DNA from: Eledone cirrhosa
Taxonomy: Eukaryota
DNA: 64,000 nt
Assembly: GCA_964016885.1 (NCBI GenBank)
Contig: OZ024746.1
Coordinates: 63,364,001-63,428,000 of the forward strand
Direction of reading: 5' to 3'
In this document: positions 26,668 through 40,651 of the stretch, piece after piece
How the letters are laid out: each line of letters starts with the position of its first letter
Numbering within the stretch: position 1 is the first letter of the stretch
The notes under the pieces: model-generated
What the model saw: only the letters and a program-made list of their open reading frames with translations
Database searches by the model: none
What the model was told of the DNA's origin: nothing
Program-made: the position numbers and the translations under genes

Positions 26668-27357
26668 GTTAGTATCTGCTTTATTTCCATTTCTGAAATG
26701 ATTGTTGTTGTCGTTAATGTTGATGGTGACATTGATGTTGTTTTTGTGATTATGTTGAATTGTTGTTGTTGTTGAGCTTGGTTTTGTATGGCTAAAATGT
26801 AAAATAAGATTAAATTTCAAATGTTGCTACTCAGTAAAATAATATCCTTAAGTACCTCAGCATGGTTCTTGTCTAATGACTGAAACCAGTTTATTTTTTT
26901 AAATATGACATTTCCCCAGCTGTTAAAATAAACCTGGCTAATATCAGATACTGTTTCTATAAAAAGCCATAAAAATGGGAATATTTTTTTAATGAATGCA
27001 AATATTTGTACAGACAGAAGTTAATGTAAAAACAAACATTGCCAGGAAAGAAAATATACAATAAAAGAAATTCTTTTCTTTGAAATATGATACATGATCA
27101 TCATCACTATTCAACGGCCATTTTTCTATGCTAGCATGTGTTAGGCGAGTTGTACATTCTGTACAGTGGTTGGCATTAGGATTGGTATCCAGTCATAGAA
27201 ACTAAGTTTAGCCTCAGTACATGACAACCTGTCTAAGCCATGTAAACATGAAAAATATACATTAAATGGTGATGGTGGCGAATATTAGTATGATAAAGTA
27301 AATACAATGCATACCTTTCTTTAATATTTTATTTAATTTTAATTATTTATTATCTAG

Positions 27358-27701
27358 GCTGTCCAGAAAAGCCTGAGTCTCTGCCAAGAAAAACTCGACC
27401 AGTTACAAGCTCACCGCCTCCAGTTGACCTGCTATTTGGACCGGTCAGCTTGTGCTGGCATTTCTGCTGATTATTCCGAATATAGAAGTCTCCTGTTTGC
27501 TATCAAACAACAGTGTCAAAAGTCAATTGCCAAAGCAGCTCGGCTCAACTCAAACAGGGCTGGTAAAGCTGCTCGCATTGAACACACTCTACAAGCTAGC
27601 AACAACTGTTCATTAGGCAGAGGTCGCTCCCTTGTCTTTCCTTCCCATATAACTGCTACATCTGCCACTCCTGACTTGACTAAAGATGAAACAAATATTA
27701 G
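27358..27701 (+). CDS. klar: Klarsicht-like KASH protein exon
   Basis: tatctag acceptor, AG|gtaata donor, phase 0/2, AVQKSLSLCQEKLDQLQAHRLQL...ETNI. Confidence 0.85.
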
Positions 27702-27878
27702 GTAATAATTTCTCATTATTCTTGTCTGTTCTTCTTTTTATATAACTTTATACAACCAATATTTGTATAGATACATTATTGAATTTCGAGGTAGTTTTAG
27801 AAAACATTGTGACAATGTAATAATTTTAAATCATTGGAAAGCCAAACAATACATGATAAAGAATTAAAAATAGTGTTT

Positions 27879-27921
27879 TATTAATAAATTTTTCTGTCTA
27901 TAAAACACTCATCAGTGAATA
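27879..27921 (-). ncRNA. Minimal hammerhead ribozyme motif (1-bp stem III with palindromic tetraloop)
   Basis: Minus strand: TATTCA CTGATGA G TGTTT TAT AGACA GAAA AATT T A TTAATA. Stem I 5/6 bp, stem II 5 bp. Confidence 0.55.
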
Positions 27922-28411
27922 TAATAAGATTTGCTTTATCAGTTGAAGTTTTAAAAAACATAAACTTTAGCTGAAGTTAAACTTTTCTGTAATATATATA
28001 TACATGGTCTCTACATTTCAAATTCTAAATCTCCTGCTTAAGGTAGAAAAATGAAAATATACCCAAGCATCTATAATCAGTTCCTTCAACTTCTAACAAC
28101 TCTGAGAATGACCTCAACTAAAGCTTCTGCTTTTTCAAACTTCAACCAATAAAACACTACGTTTAATTCTTTATTATACATTGTTTGGTCTTCCAATCAT
28201 TGAAAGGGGCAGTTTGGAACAGGTTGGTATCAAAGAAGTTAGCAAGTGGGGTATAAAGTGGATTAAATGATTGCATAGTCATCATCAAAACTAACAAAAG
28301 ATCCATCAATGCAAACACATTGTATATATTTCCAATAATGATGTGGCCATCTGCCTATATTAGAAATTGTTGTTATTACTTTTAATATTATTGTTTCTTT
28401 TGTTGTTTCAG

Positions 28412-28610
28412 AAGTGAAAAAGGAACTACTGCTTCAGCTGTGTCACTTCCCAGATCATCTAACTTCCAAAGCACATGGCAAGGGTTGGTGCTTGTCTGTG
28501 CAGCAGGTCTTGCATATTTAGCTGATCCAGAAACTCTTGAGAAGCTAATCAACTTCTCAATTCAGTTAAACCCTGATTTGAGATACATTGATGGTGCACC
28601 ACCTATTTGA
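28412..28610 (+). CDS. klar: Terminal exon: transmembrane segment plus luminal KASH peptide
   Basis: gtttcag acceptor, phase 2; ...WQGLVLVCAAGLAYLADPETLEKLINFSIQLNPDLRYIDGAPPI then TGA. NF..P.LRY..G.PP-stop is the KASH signature. All ten exons join in one frame (3117 nt including stop). Confidence 0.92.
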
Positions 28611-31384
28611 GTCATCTGTAAAAAGATTTGTGTTCAACAATATCTACCCCATATTCTACACAATATTATTGCTGTTATGGCTTACTATTTTTCTATTCAT
28701 CTTCAACATTTACTGGTACTAATTCCATTTTCCTGGTGGAATATGGAAAAGGGGCACTATTCAGCAGTATGATAATGTCAAAAATAAAACAAAAATGAAC
28801 TAGTTGAAATTATAAAAAAATGTCTGATTTTTAAAACATAAATGAAAATCTGTATCAGTAATTTATACAGATTTTTTGGGGGTTTATCAACATTTTCCAA
28901 ATTAATCCAAAAGAATGAAATTATTTTTGGCTTTACTGAAAAACAAAAATTGAAACTGAAACAATAATGATATTTTGAAATTTTGGCTCTAACATTGATT
29001 TTTTTTTTTTTCTTTTCTTTTTTGGTTTTATGACAATGATTTGATACTGTTTAACTTAAGGAAACAGTCGAAGTATTGCTGGATAGATATCCTTTTGTGG
29101 GGTGGATTTTAGCTCCTTCGTACCACTAAGTGTTGTTCATATATTTTATATTTAACCTCTGTTTCTAACGAGCTTTGTGTGAAGTTTAGGCTGTGTAAAG
29201 TTGTTATACCAACAGAATGGAATTCAGTAACAAAACACAGCTAAGCTAAGCTAAGTAGTTGGCTATACACGGTATTTAAAAATAGGCTGGAACCAGCGTG
29301 CATGTGTATGTATATATATTGTGTACACATGTTTGTATATGTATGCATGTATATGTATATACATATATTGTGTGTATGTATATATATATGTATATGTATA
29401 TACATATGTATATATATATTATATAATAAAATTATTAAAATTTAGATGAAGGCTTCTATTTAAGCAGTGTTCTCTTCTATATAAAATCAATATTAACACT
29501 GATTGAGAGTTCATGAAAGTTGTTTACATCTAATTGCATCTATTTAATTTTTTTTCTCTCTCTTTCTAAAATAGAGGGTGTTTTATATTGTGTTGAAATG
29601 TTTGTATAATTGACATTGTTCAATAGAGATGAAATTATTCTTGGGCAGTGTTTTTATTTATTTAAATCCATTTCTGGATTTCAAAAGTCAGAAATTTTAC
29701 TACTTTTTTAATGCTTCTATGGAGCAAAATTCTGAATTACAAAGAATATATTTATTGTATTAAAAATTAATATAATTAATTGACAAAAACTGATCTGAAC
29801 TACTTTTACCTGACATTTAGTGTTATTTATTTTTTCTATAGTTAATCGTTAGTTTTTGTTTTGTTTTTTGTTTTTTTTTCTCGTTTCACCCCCCACCCCA
29901 ACACCCCAACCCACCCACCCACCCACCCCCACCCGAGACCAAATTTATAATGTTGGGTTAATTATGTAAATGGTATTTATAGATTTAATTCAATATTATT
30001 AGGGGCTCCTTTCCAATCCCTTTCCTTTCACATTTTCTCCCTACTCATCCAATAATTTATGATAATCTGATATACACAAAACTGTGTATATCAGTGTCAT
30101 CCTGCTTACAGTCTCAGGAATCGGTATAATGATAGTTTACAGTTGACTATATCATATTCTAATGGGGTTGAGAAGTCATAAGGATTTAAATTTCAACATG
30201 TAGTCTATCTCAGTTTATGTGATATCAAAGGATTTGCATTTTTTTCTCTTGAAGAAAAATAAACTGCTGGAACTTTTGCATGAATAGGCAGAGCTCATAA
30301 TCTACATTGTTTAAATACAATCAGTCAGCTCCAAAGAGAATAAAAAGAATAGTTTTTCATGATCAGTTGAAAATGATCTGTAACAGTTTAACATGTAGAT
30401 AAATAACAAGTAATCAGTCTATGAAGCTGAGAGATATGAACCTTGTATCTGATACTACACATTAAACATTGTTTGGGACAAACTATTGTTTATCACAGTA
30501 ACCAGAATCCATGTGATAAGATGTTCTTTTTTATTTTATTGGTGATAAAATATGCATCCAACCATTAAAAATGGAAAACTATCAAAGAAATCCTTCATAA
30601 ACTTCAGTATTGTTTATTAGCCATGGGAACAGAATATTGAGGAGGTAACATGATAATCAAACTATCTGATAATGGTGAAATACATTAAAGTATATCAGAG
30701 TAAATTTATGTGTTTGTCCAAAATTCTTTAGTCACTACAAGACAAGATTTCAACAAGATACATTAGTCCGAGTATAGGTTAATAGGTTTTTACAGAAACC
30801 TTATATTGTCCATGTGTGACAATTCCTCCTCTTATCTTTGCCTAGATGGTTTAGAGAAGTTTACAACAATGGAGATAGCCATTATGTTCCCGTCAGAGAA
30901 TGTCAAAACTGTAACACCCCCTCCCCTCAATTCCATAACATCCCTACTCCCTTTTTTTTTGCCTTTATGGCTTTTTTTTTTTAACATAAATTTGCAAAGA
31001 TTAATTCCTTTGACAAAAACAACTGACTTAGTCAAAGACATATTTATTTATAAAGTAAGAGGTGAACCATGACTAGAGGTTCGTTAAAGACGTAAATATA
31101 ACGAGTGACACCAAACAGTCTAATCAGTTAAATTTTTTTTCTTTTTTTCCTGACAGTCATTAACTTAATCATGGTTAGATTTGATTGATAATTAAAGGAA
31201 ATTAGATCTAGGAGCTTGTATTTGTTTACATACACATACTGTCACACTCCAAATAAGATATGTTGGGTTTGACATGTGAATGCATGCACATAAGTGTGCA
31301 TTCACTCAACTGTGTATGTGTATGCATATATATACAACACCTAATACATTCCTTTGTGTCGGTTATATGTATGTATGTATGTAT

Positions 31385-31864
31385 GGTGTAGCTAAATATG
31401 TACTTAGATATGATCTGTGTGACTACATACATATGAACATAAAACTGACGTATGTATGTTTTGTGTAGCTAAATATGTAAGTGTTAATACATACATACAT
31501 ATGAATACAAAACTGATATATGTGTTAATACATACACTTACATATGGTAAGTGTTACTACATACATACATACATACATACATACATACGAACATAAAACT
31601 GATGTTTGTTTTGTGTAGTTAAATGTGTTAATACATACTTACATATGGTAAGTGTTACTACATACATACATCCATACATACATACATACTAACACAAAAC
31701 TGATGTATGTTTTGTGTAGTTAAATATGTGTTAATACATGCACTTACATATGGTAAGTTTTACTACATACATACATACATATGAATACAAAACTGACGTA
31801 TGTATGTTTTGTGTAGTTAAATATGTATTAATACATACACTTACATATGGTAAGTGTTACTACA

Positions 31865-31895
<31 letters not shown>

Positions 31896-31980
31896 GAATA
31901 CAAAACTGACGTATGTATGTTTTGTGTAGCTAAATATGTAAGTATTAATATATACACTTACATATGAACACAAAACTGAC
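31385..31980. repeat. Minisatellite of about 70-120 bp units with internal (CATA)n
   Basis: Recurrent aaaactgacgtatgtatgttttgtgtagctaaatatgt and cacttacatatggtaagtgttactac blocks, about 6-7 units. Confidence 0.9.
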
Positions 31981-32183
31981 ATCCAGAAATGGCTTTGAAG
32001 TGACATGGGAATAAACACTCACACAAATCTTGCTCGATTATAGGCATGCAAGTATGTGAGTAGTTATGCATATGTGTGTGTGTGTGTGTGGTGTGTGTTT
32101 AGGGTGAATGCCCACTTGCAAAACTGGACTATTAGTGACAGAGAGCACTGCTGTAAGTTAACTGCTGGGACATGTTACATTGA

Positions 32184-32522
32184 CTATGCTACATGTGTAA
32201 CATTAGCTGTGCTACATGTGTAACACTGACTGTGCTACAGGTGTAACATCAACTGTGCTACATGTGTAACATCAGCTGTGCTACATGTGCAACATCAGCT
32301 GTGCTGCATGTGAAGCATCAACTGTGCTGCATGTGAAGCATCAACTGTGCTACATGTGAAGCATCAACTGTACTACATGTGTAACATTAGCTGTGCTACA
32401 TGTGTAACACTGACTGTGCTACATGTGTAACATCACCTGAGCTACATGTGAAGCATCAACTGTGCTACATGTGAAGCATCAACTGTACTACATGTGTAAC
32501 ATTAGCTGTGCTACATGTGTAA
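32184..32522. repeat. 23-bp minisatellite, about 15 units
   Basis: Consensus CTGTGCTACATGTGTAACATCAG with recurring variants. Confidence 0.95.
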
Positions 32523-32657
32523 AATTATCTATGCTCATCTATTCTTGATGTTTTATTTATATATCTATTTATCCCTTGTTAACTTAAGGAGGCTTGCACT
32601 GAAACTTAAAGATCATGTAGCATGTAAACTACAATGATATAGTATGTGTGTATATGA

Positions 32658-32691
<34 letters not shown>

Positions 32692-32803
32692 ATATATATA
32701 CATACATACACATATTTCTGTGTGTGCGTGTATATATATATATGTACATTAGCAACAGTAATTACACTGAATACTTTCATGTTATTTCATATACCCTACA
32801 TAT

Positions 32804-32835
<32 letters not shown>

Positions 32836-33296
32836 ATATATGTAAGAATCTTTATAGCTCTGTTTTATACATGTTTATACATTCAATTTTGTTTTGTTTC
32901 TTTGTTTACTGTACACAAGTCCCTCCCCCTCTCTCTCCCTCCCTCTCCCTCTCTCTCGTTTTAGTTTTATTGTATATTATGTTTTCATTGTTCAATTTTA
33001 TGCCAAACTTAATTCCAATCTGTTCTTGTAAATACATTTACAGTATTTTCCATATGTATATAATATTGAAAAATGACTATTTTTTTATTAAAACATTACT
33101 GGTCTTTGATTATCTTAGCAATATTACACACTTTAATTATGAAAAAGAAAATATTGATCTGTAAATTTTTTTTTTTTTATTATTATTTTATTTTATATAA
33201 TGTAATTTTTTTTTTAATTTTATTTTCATATATCTGAATATTTTCTTTTCTAATTTTTCACACATACACATATTTATAGAGACCTGTATAGAGAAT

Positions 33297-33434
<138 letters not shown>

Positions 33435-36400
33435 CAAGGATGAAAATAGGTTTAAATGGTGATAATAATATCACCATTTAATGTCCATCATCCCTGCTAG
33501 CGGGGGTTCAACATGTCGTCACAGACTGATCAGTACTCAAGCCAAGCCTCTGACCTCCAGGTCATCCGGGGCTCTGACATACAATCCCATGCTCTAGGTC
33601 CATTTTATTGTGGCACCAACACTAGGAAAGTTATTGTACAGCTGAAGAGCCCTCTAAGTATGTGTGTGTGTTTATAATCTGAAATGTAAGGTATACTTTC
33701 TTAGGACACACAATGTAGCCTCATTGTGGGGTTATACAACTAATTTTGTCTCTCTGTGGACAAAAGATGATAATAATATAATAATAAGGAAAATTATTAT
33801 GTACAGTGCTAAGGTGCACTACAACTCATCAAAGGTGGATGTAGAGCACATAGAATAATGTACAAATGATCAATCTGGATTCTTTCTGCTCTTATTAGAC
33901 TGTGAACAAAAGACTGGTAATCTTTCCCCAATGGCACAGATTACGATCTCATTTATAGTGTATATAAACTTGGACAAACTAAACTTGTCTAATTTGCATA
34001 ATAGTGCATATTCTGACATAATGAATTAATTAAATAATAGTACACTTCACTGGACTTTGGAGATAATTTGAAATGCAGTATACCTTTAAACTAAACATAC
34101 AATTTAGCTTCACAGTGAAAAGTAGACAGAATGAAAGTAATCTTTCTCTTGGTGTCTCATAAGACAGATAAAACTTGTGCTACAATCACTGTTTACTTTT
34201 TACAATGCAGCAGCTAGAATTATATTTTTATTAAAAAGTATGTCTTGTATTTCAAATTAATCCAAAAAATGCTGTGTAGTGCTCAGTTATTTAGTAGATG
34301 GAAAATTTTGAGATTTAGTGATATTAGTAATATTGGTTTAAAACTATTCAGGCGTTTTATTGTTCACACATGAAGGGGTCAGAAATTATCAAAATTCCAA
34401 TTGGTCAGCTCAAAAACCAAATTCAGAAATCAATGTGAATTAGTTTGGATTATTTTCTCTATAACTTCTTGGCAAAATATTGACTCCCACTCCTTTACAA
34501 AAAATTACTATGTCGTTTGAAAAATTTTCATAATTCTACCCTAACCCCCAGATCTTATTTTTCCAATATCACTTCTAAGGGTTTTTGTTGGTTATTGTTT
34601 TTATAATTGATAAATTTAACATGAATAATATTGGCAATGTGTATAATTTATAATTTGACCTTCTAGAGTACAAAAACCTTAGACTTTTTTATTCTTTGGT
34701 TCATTATCCAATATGCCCTTCCTTTTTTAAGATAGTTAGATTCAAAGGAGATTTGACTATTACTTCGAGCAGGTGCAGCAAAGGTCTAGAAGCTCCAGCA
34801 TTGGCTCAGAAAGCCTTATTCTTCTGCTCAATGTTGTAGTCATGATAATTCTACTATGGTCACCATTATCATTTCTATCTCCACAGTTGCTAAAAACTTA
34901 ACATTTGTGGAAGTACCTTTTTCAGTTAACAATTTAGTGATATTGTTCTTCTTTGCCTACTTATTCCTGGGTGGGTTGTGGGAACAGTCTTCAATTAAGC
35001 TCATGGATGTTATTCAACCATTTTGCTCATAGTCTTCCCTTGGGTCTCCTGTCAGTTGGTTTTGCCATAGAAATATTGTTGCTTATCAAAATCAAAACTA
35101 ATTTGATAGACGCACAAATCTATATAGGGCTTCATTAAAATAAGGTAAATGTTTAGTTTATGAAATTTGCCTATAAGTAAATCACCTAATATAATTATCT
35201 TCCAAGTTAATGCAGGACAAAACATCTTACAATATTCATTCCAGATCTTTGCATTCATAATAACAACAAAATCCAAATTTAGTTAAGTCCTCTGTTTGCT
35301 CCTAGTTTTTATCTAACTTGCAAACACACCATACCACTGGTTGTGACATTTAAAAAAAAAAAATATTTTTACACATTTTAAGGGTGCTTCTATTTATATA
35401 AATATTTGTTTTTCTTCAAATTTCAGGTTGTATTTTTGTACTTTTTTAGTGTTATTCTTTAACAGGGGAAGTTGTGGTATGGGGTACAAAATACAAATGT
35501 TTATAATGCAAACTTGAAAGTTTGTTTATCCATAGATGTGATGAAAACCAATAGTTCAAAGGCATTTTGACTTTTTGTTAAACTTTGTAGCAATTTATAT
35601 ATAATGGTAGAATTTTTTTTAAACAAATCATGTATCAAGGCTAGTTATCTGAGTTTAAATTGTTTTGTTATGAAGTAGCTAACACATGTTCTAGGTTTAG
35701 ACAGCTATCTTGAAATAGTCAACAAAATTTTCTTTATATTACCTCTAACAAGTTTTTTTGGTTATATACTGTCTATTGAATTCTTGAAAAACATTTTAGC
35801 ACTTTAGTTCTGGGCAGAGTTGGATCTGTTTTACATGCAACAGGAATATAATGATTATGACATTAAAAAAGATGATAGTTTATTAAAGAACGGTTAACTA
35901 ACAATTTAGTTATAACAGTATGGTTCTCTTTAGTTTCTGATTTGAATAACCAATCACTGGTAAGAGGTAGAAGAGAGGTGACATTTTGTTAGTGTTGTGT
36001 TTGATATATTTCTGTGTTTTGTCTCCCCACTCCCACCCTCACTTAAGTTTACTATTATTAAACTTATTTAAATGTTTGTCTATTTTCTTTTCCTGTATCA
36101 GCAGCTGTAAAGATTACATCAGTTCCGGTGCTGAATTTTCAGTAAGTTGTCTGTTTTCAGACCAAGCTTCGTTATTGCTGAATAAATTTTAAATGAAATA
36201 AAAAAATTTTTAAAAATAAACAAAGAAAAATGATCAATAATATATAAATTTACAAAAAAAATTATTCACTTCTTTTCTATAAATAAAATATAAAAAAATC
36301 CTATATATAATGACACTTTTTTTTTCAGGAATATTTTGATTTGTAATAGCGATATCACCATTCCACGGTGATTGTTTATTACTCAATAAAAGCATACAAA

Positions 36401-36546
36401 TATCTCCTTGTTCATGTCTGTCTTTCTTATTTTTTAAACATTTTTCCTGGTGTTTGTCATTACTTTGTGATCAAACCACATTAGCAAGGCATTCTTGAAA
36501 AATATAAAACAGCACTATGACTGCATTACATTACTCTATATATACT

Positions 36547-37583
36547 ACTAGACATGAAAAATGCGCAAGCTCAAAAGAGCCACAGAATGTTATAATAAAC
36601 CTTCAAAAGTGTGGGGTGGGACTAGAGTTGTTACTCAAAAATATTGTAATCATTATCTATCGTACATTCTGTGGCATCCTTTATAAAAATATCACAATAA
36701 ATACATCTATGTTTAATGTAATAACAGCTATAAATAATTACGTAATATTATCATCATATACCCGCCGAGGTTAACTTTGCCTTTCATCCTTACGGGGGTC
36801 GGTAAAATAAAGTACCAGTAATACACTGGGATAATTGCTGGCCTTGTGCCAAAAAGTAGAAACAATTATCATATACTCATAGTAACAAAATAATTGTGTT
36901 GAAAATTAATATGATGCTTATATGAACGATCAAATCTATAATGATAATTTTATAAATATACTAATATTAAAATAATTTAGTTATATATTGTTACATTTTC
37001 ATTGAACTATAACATTAACAATCGTATTGTATCATCAAATTTTTATCACTGCAAACTTTCATATTGGAATTACCTTAAGCCACTTATCATTACTTCGCTT
37101 TCGTACTTTCACAGATGTAGATATTCTGCTGTATCTTATATCTAATATCATGATCTCATGGTAATTTGCATGCAGTGAAATAGTGTAAAAAGAAAGGCAT
37201 GGTTGGTTTAAGCTAATGTCATATTAGATGTTTAGTAATGATTAATACGAAATGCACTTAAACCAAATTCTATATTATAAATTAACTTAATTAATTATCG
37301 TGTCGTCTTGAGTTCCTTATGAGTCTCTTTTTTATAAAAGGATGCCACAGATTTTATAAAAAAGAGACTATGAGTATATGATAATAATATTACGTAATTA
37401 TTTATAGTTGTTATTACATTAAACATAGATGTATTTATTGTGATATTTTTATAAAGGATGCCACAGAATGTACGATAGATAATGATTACAATATTTTTGA
37501 GTAACAACTCTAGTCCCACACTTTTGAAGGTTTATTATAACATTCTGTGGCTCTTTTGAGCTTGCGCATTTTTCATGTCTAGT
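36547..37583. mobile_element. Foldback element with about 220-bp near-identical inverted arms
   Basis: 36547-36760 plus 36876-36883 is the reverse complement of 37367-37583; a SINE B fragment is inserted in the left arm. Confidence 0.9.
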
Positions 37584-38864
37584 TTAATATTTTTTTAAGG
37601 CAACACTTGTAATAACTAGTTAAACATGATATATATTAATAATAAATTATCGTTGTAATGTAATTAAATTATATAATTGTTATTATAAATGATCTTATAA
37701 ATATTAGTGTAAGATGTTTAAAAATATTTTCAGACTTTTAATATAAACAACAAAAAACAATCAATATTAAATCAATATATTATACATAATAGAAAACAAA
37801 ATAAATAAACAATATAAAAATAAAATATTTACATACAATTGCAATTATCAGTCTATATATAAATTTTCTTTATTCCCTGAGCAAATTAATGAGATATATT
37901 ACATTTGTTTTAAAAATAGTTTATATAAATTTTAAAAAATCATATGACGACGAAATAACAAAAATAAATGAACTAGGAAAACAAACAAAAAAACATGGCA
38001 GATGCTTTTGAGGAACACTTACTCTGATTGGTTGAAAATTAGCCAATGGCATGTAATCACCACGGCCAAACCTTGAAAAAAAATTGACGATCTACACATA
38101 TATGTTAGAACACTAAAAGTGACTAAAACATTCTGTTGTTAGTCACTTGGTGTCTAACAGATTGTATGTTTGTGGTAAAGGTTTTATCTTACATAATTAT
38201 CTCACATAATATCGAATCTGAGATTTTGATGTTATTGATTTTGAGAACAATACCTTAACCCTTTAGCATTCACATTAACCTATATATACTATTATATTTT
38301 CATGGTAAAGGCTTTATCTCGCATAATATCGAAGTATTTATTTTGAGAACAATACCTTAACATCAGTTTGAGCAACCAGTTTCAACGGAAAGAGGTAGAG
38401 AATTTTGGCCGGTTTGAACATTAAAGGGTTAAGGTCAGTATAAGCGACCAGTTACAGCCAGCTTGAACAGAAAGAGGTGAGCAAATTGTGGCTGGATACA
38501 GCCAGTTTAAATGCTAAAGGGTTAAAACTTTAATTCTTTAATACTGCAAATTTTCACAATGATCTATCTACTAGTAAAGATACTGTAAACAATTTTAGAT
38601 ATTTTCTGCTAAATTATTACAGCATGTTAAGAGTTAGTCTTTACCCAACTTGGAACATCTGACTTGAGCTTATTTAATTTCATTTGGTATTGATTAAGAG
38701 TAAAATATTTGCTCCTGTATAGGATGCCACACTATTATAAGATTAACACCCAACTACTATCGGTTGTTGGTAACTGTTCAATAAGAGTTAACCCGCCTTA
38801 ACATTACTGGTCTTTTAAGCCTGACACATCTAGCATCTCCTGGCACTTCACTCAGCAGTCATCA

Positions 38865-39242
38865 TTCATATTCCACCAGATAATTTCAGCATCTCAATGA
38901 CTATGTCTGGCGGTTCAAGAGCTTTACCATTTTTCATTTCCCTGATTGCTTCTTTGACAATTTCTATTTGGAGTAGTCCCTCTTCTTTTTATTCCTTCTC
39001 TATTAACCTTTTATTTCCAGGCCTCTTTCTTCTGAGCATCAGTGAGACTAAGTCCACTAGTGTAATTTCAAGCACAATTCTTCCCAACATCATCTTGATT
39101 CACACTGACACATTGCTTTGTAAAGTAGAATACCCATATCTCTAATCTTCGCATCGCATCATATGGTCAAATAGCTTACTTCTGTGTGTGCTAAGTAAAC
39201 TAATCTTCTAGCTTCTCTTTTATCTACTTGATAGTCCTCTTT
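38865..39242 (-). pseudogene. RTE relic (tether / RT N-terminal region)
   Basis: Minus-strand translation gives EDYQVDKREARRLVYLA and KEAIREMKNGKALEPPDIVIEMLK, matching EDYQVARREARRQVYFA and KAIKDMKTGKAAGPSEIVAEMLK. Confidence 0.8.
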
Positions 39243-40651
39243 GGTCGTAGATGCACTGTGCCTTGGAAGCAAATTGAATTATGACCAAAATGTTTTTCAT
39301 CCAATAGGGTTGATCTTGAGCTAATAACTGTATCTAACACTACATCAGAGCCATTAGCCTACTGAATAACTGATTTAGCAATGTGATCTATATGCATCTA
39401 GGACTATTCTCAAAATCTCAGTATTTTTTTTTTTTCTTTTATTCAAGAAATCTGTTATCTTGAGTATTTTATGTCCACTTTCTATGCTGGAATGGGTTGA
39501 ACAGGTTTTTACAGTATGAATTCTTATTCAAAGTTACTGCCCTCAAGTTGGAAGACCATATCTTACCATTTCTTATATGTTTTCTATAGCTAGATGTAAT
39601 TCCTATCACCAACCTTTTAACAGACTGTACTGGATGTATTTCATCATGGTAGCAGCACTAGAGTTCAGAGCTCTCTCTCCTCTACTTTGTCTCTGTTTGA
39701 TTGCCAACCACTTTACAGAGAATACTGGGTACATGTTTTACTATGGTCTGAACACTTGAGAGTTTGTGTTGACAAAAATTATCATAATGAAGTTTGTGAG
39801 TTTTGATAAGTTTGTATACAATGTGAAACAGGAGAGAATAATGACTGGAGCTGACTCTTCTTTTCAGAGAAGAAATTTTGTACAATTTCTCTTGCTACTA
39901 CTGTGAAACAGTTGACCTACAAATAATTAAACCTTCCCAAGTGTAGCTAGTACATCGGAGAAGTATATTAAAGAAAATCATTCTCACGTTCTCTCTCTTA
40001 TCTTTTATTTTGCTACTAAGTAAAAGTCCAAATTATCTCTCAGTTGACCTCCTCTGTATACCTCAGTGCTAAACAATTAACTACTAAATAGAACCAGCAA
40101 ATGAATCATTCAGTCAAAAGAAAAGAGTTCTTGATATCCTCCTGTCTTTTAAGTATGAAATACTTGGTTGACACATTTGAAATGTTTACTCTGACTTGAC
40201 TTGCTGTGTAACATACGCCAGACTAGATAAGTACTTGCATTTATAAAGTTTTGTTTATATTAAACACATATTAATAATAATGATAATATATTGAAATTTA
40301 ACATTTTCTATGTATCTAATCTTTTCTTATAACTTTGGAGTTTTATATCCCACTTAGAAAGTTTGAGTTTCTTATATGATCTATAGTTCATTTTTGTTGT
40401 TCTTATTCATTATTATATATTTCTTTTGAGGATTTCTAATCTTTTATTAAGCTTTTGAAATATACTTTGAAATTTATTAATTTGTAACGTATAAAAATGA
40501 AATTGGGTTTAGCACATCTGTATTTAACTCTTTCGTTAACATATTTCTAATGAAAGACACTGCCTATGATTTTTAAATAATTTTGAAAATAAGAATTTCG
40601 AGAGGTTTAGTAATATAACTATCTTAATATTTATCTGGTATTTGGAACATA

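Noticed and set aside
32184-32522. CRISPR-like array
   Set aside because: Contiguous tandem units with no unique spacers, no cas genes, and eukaryotic context.
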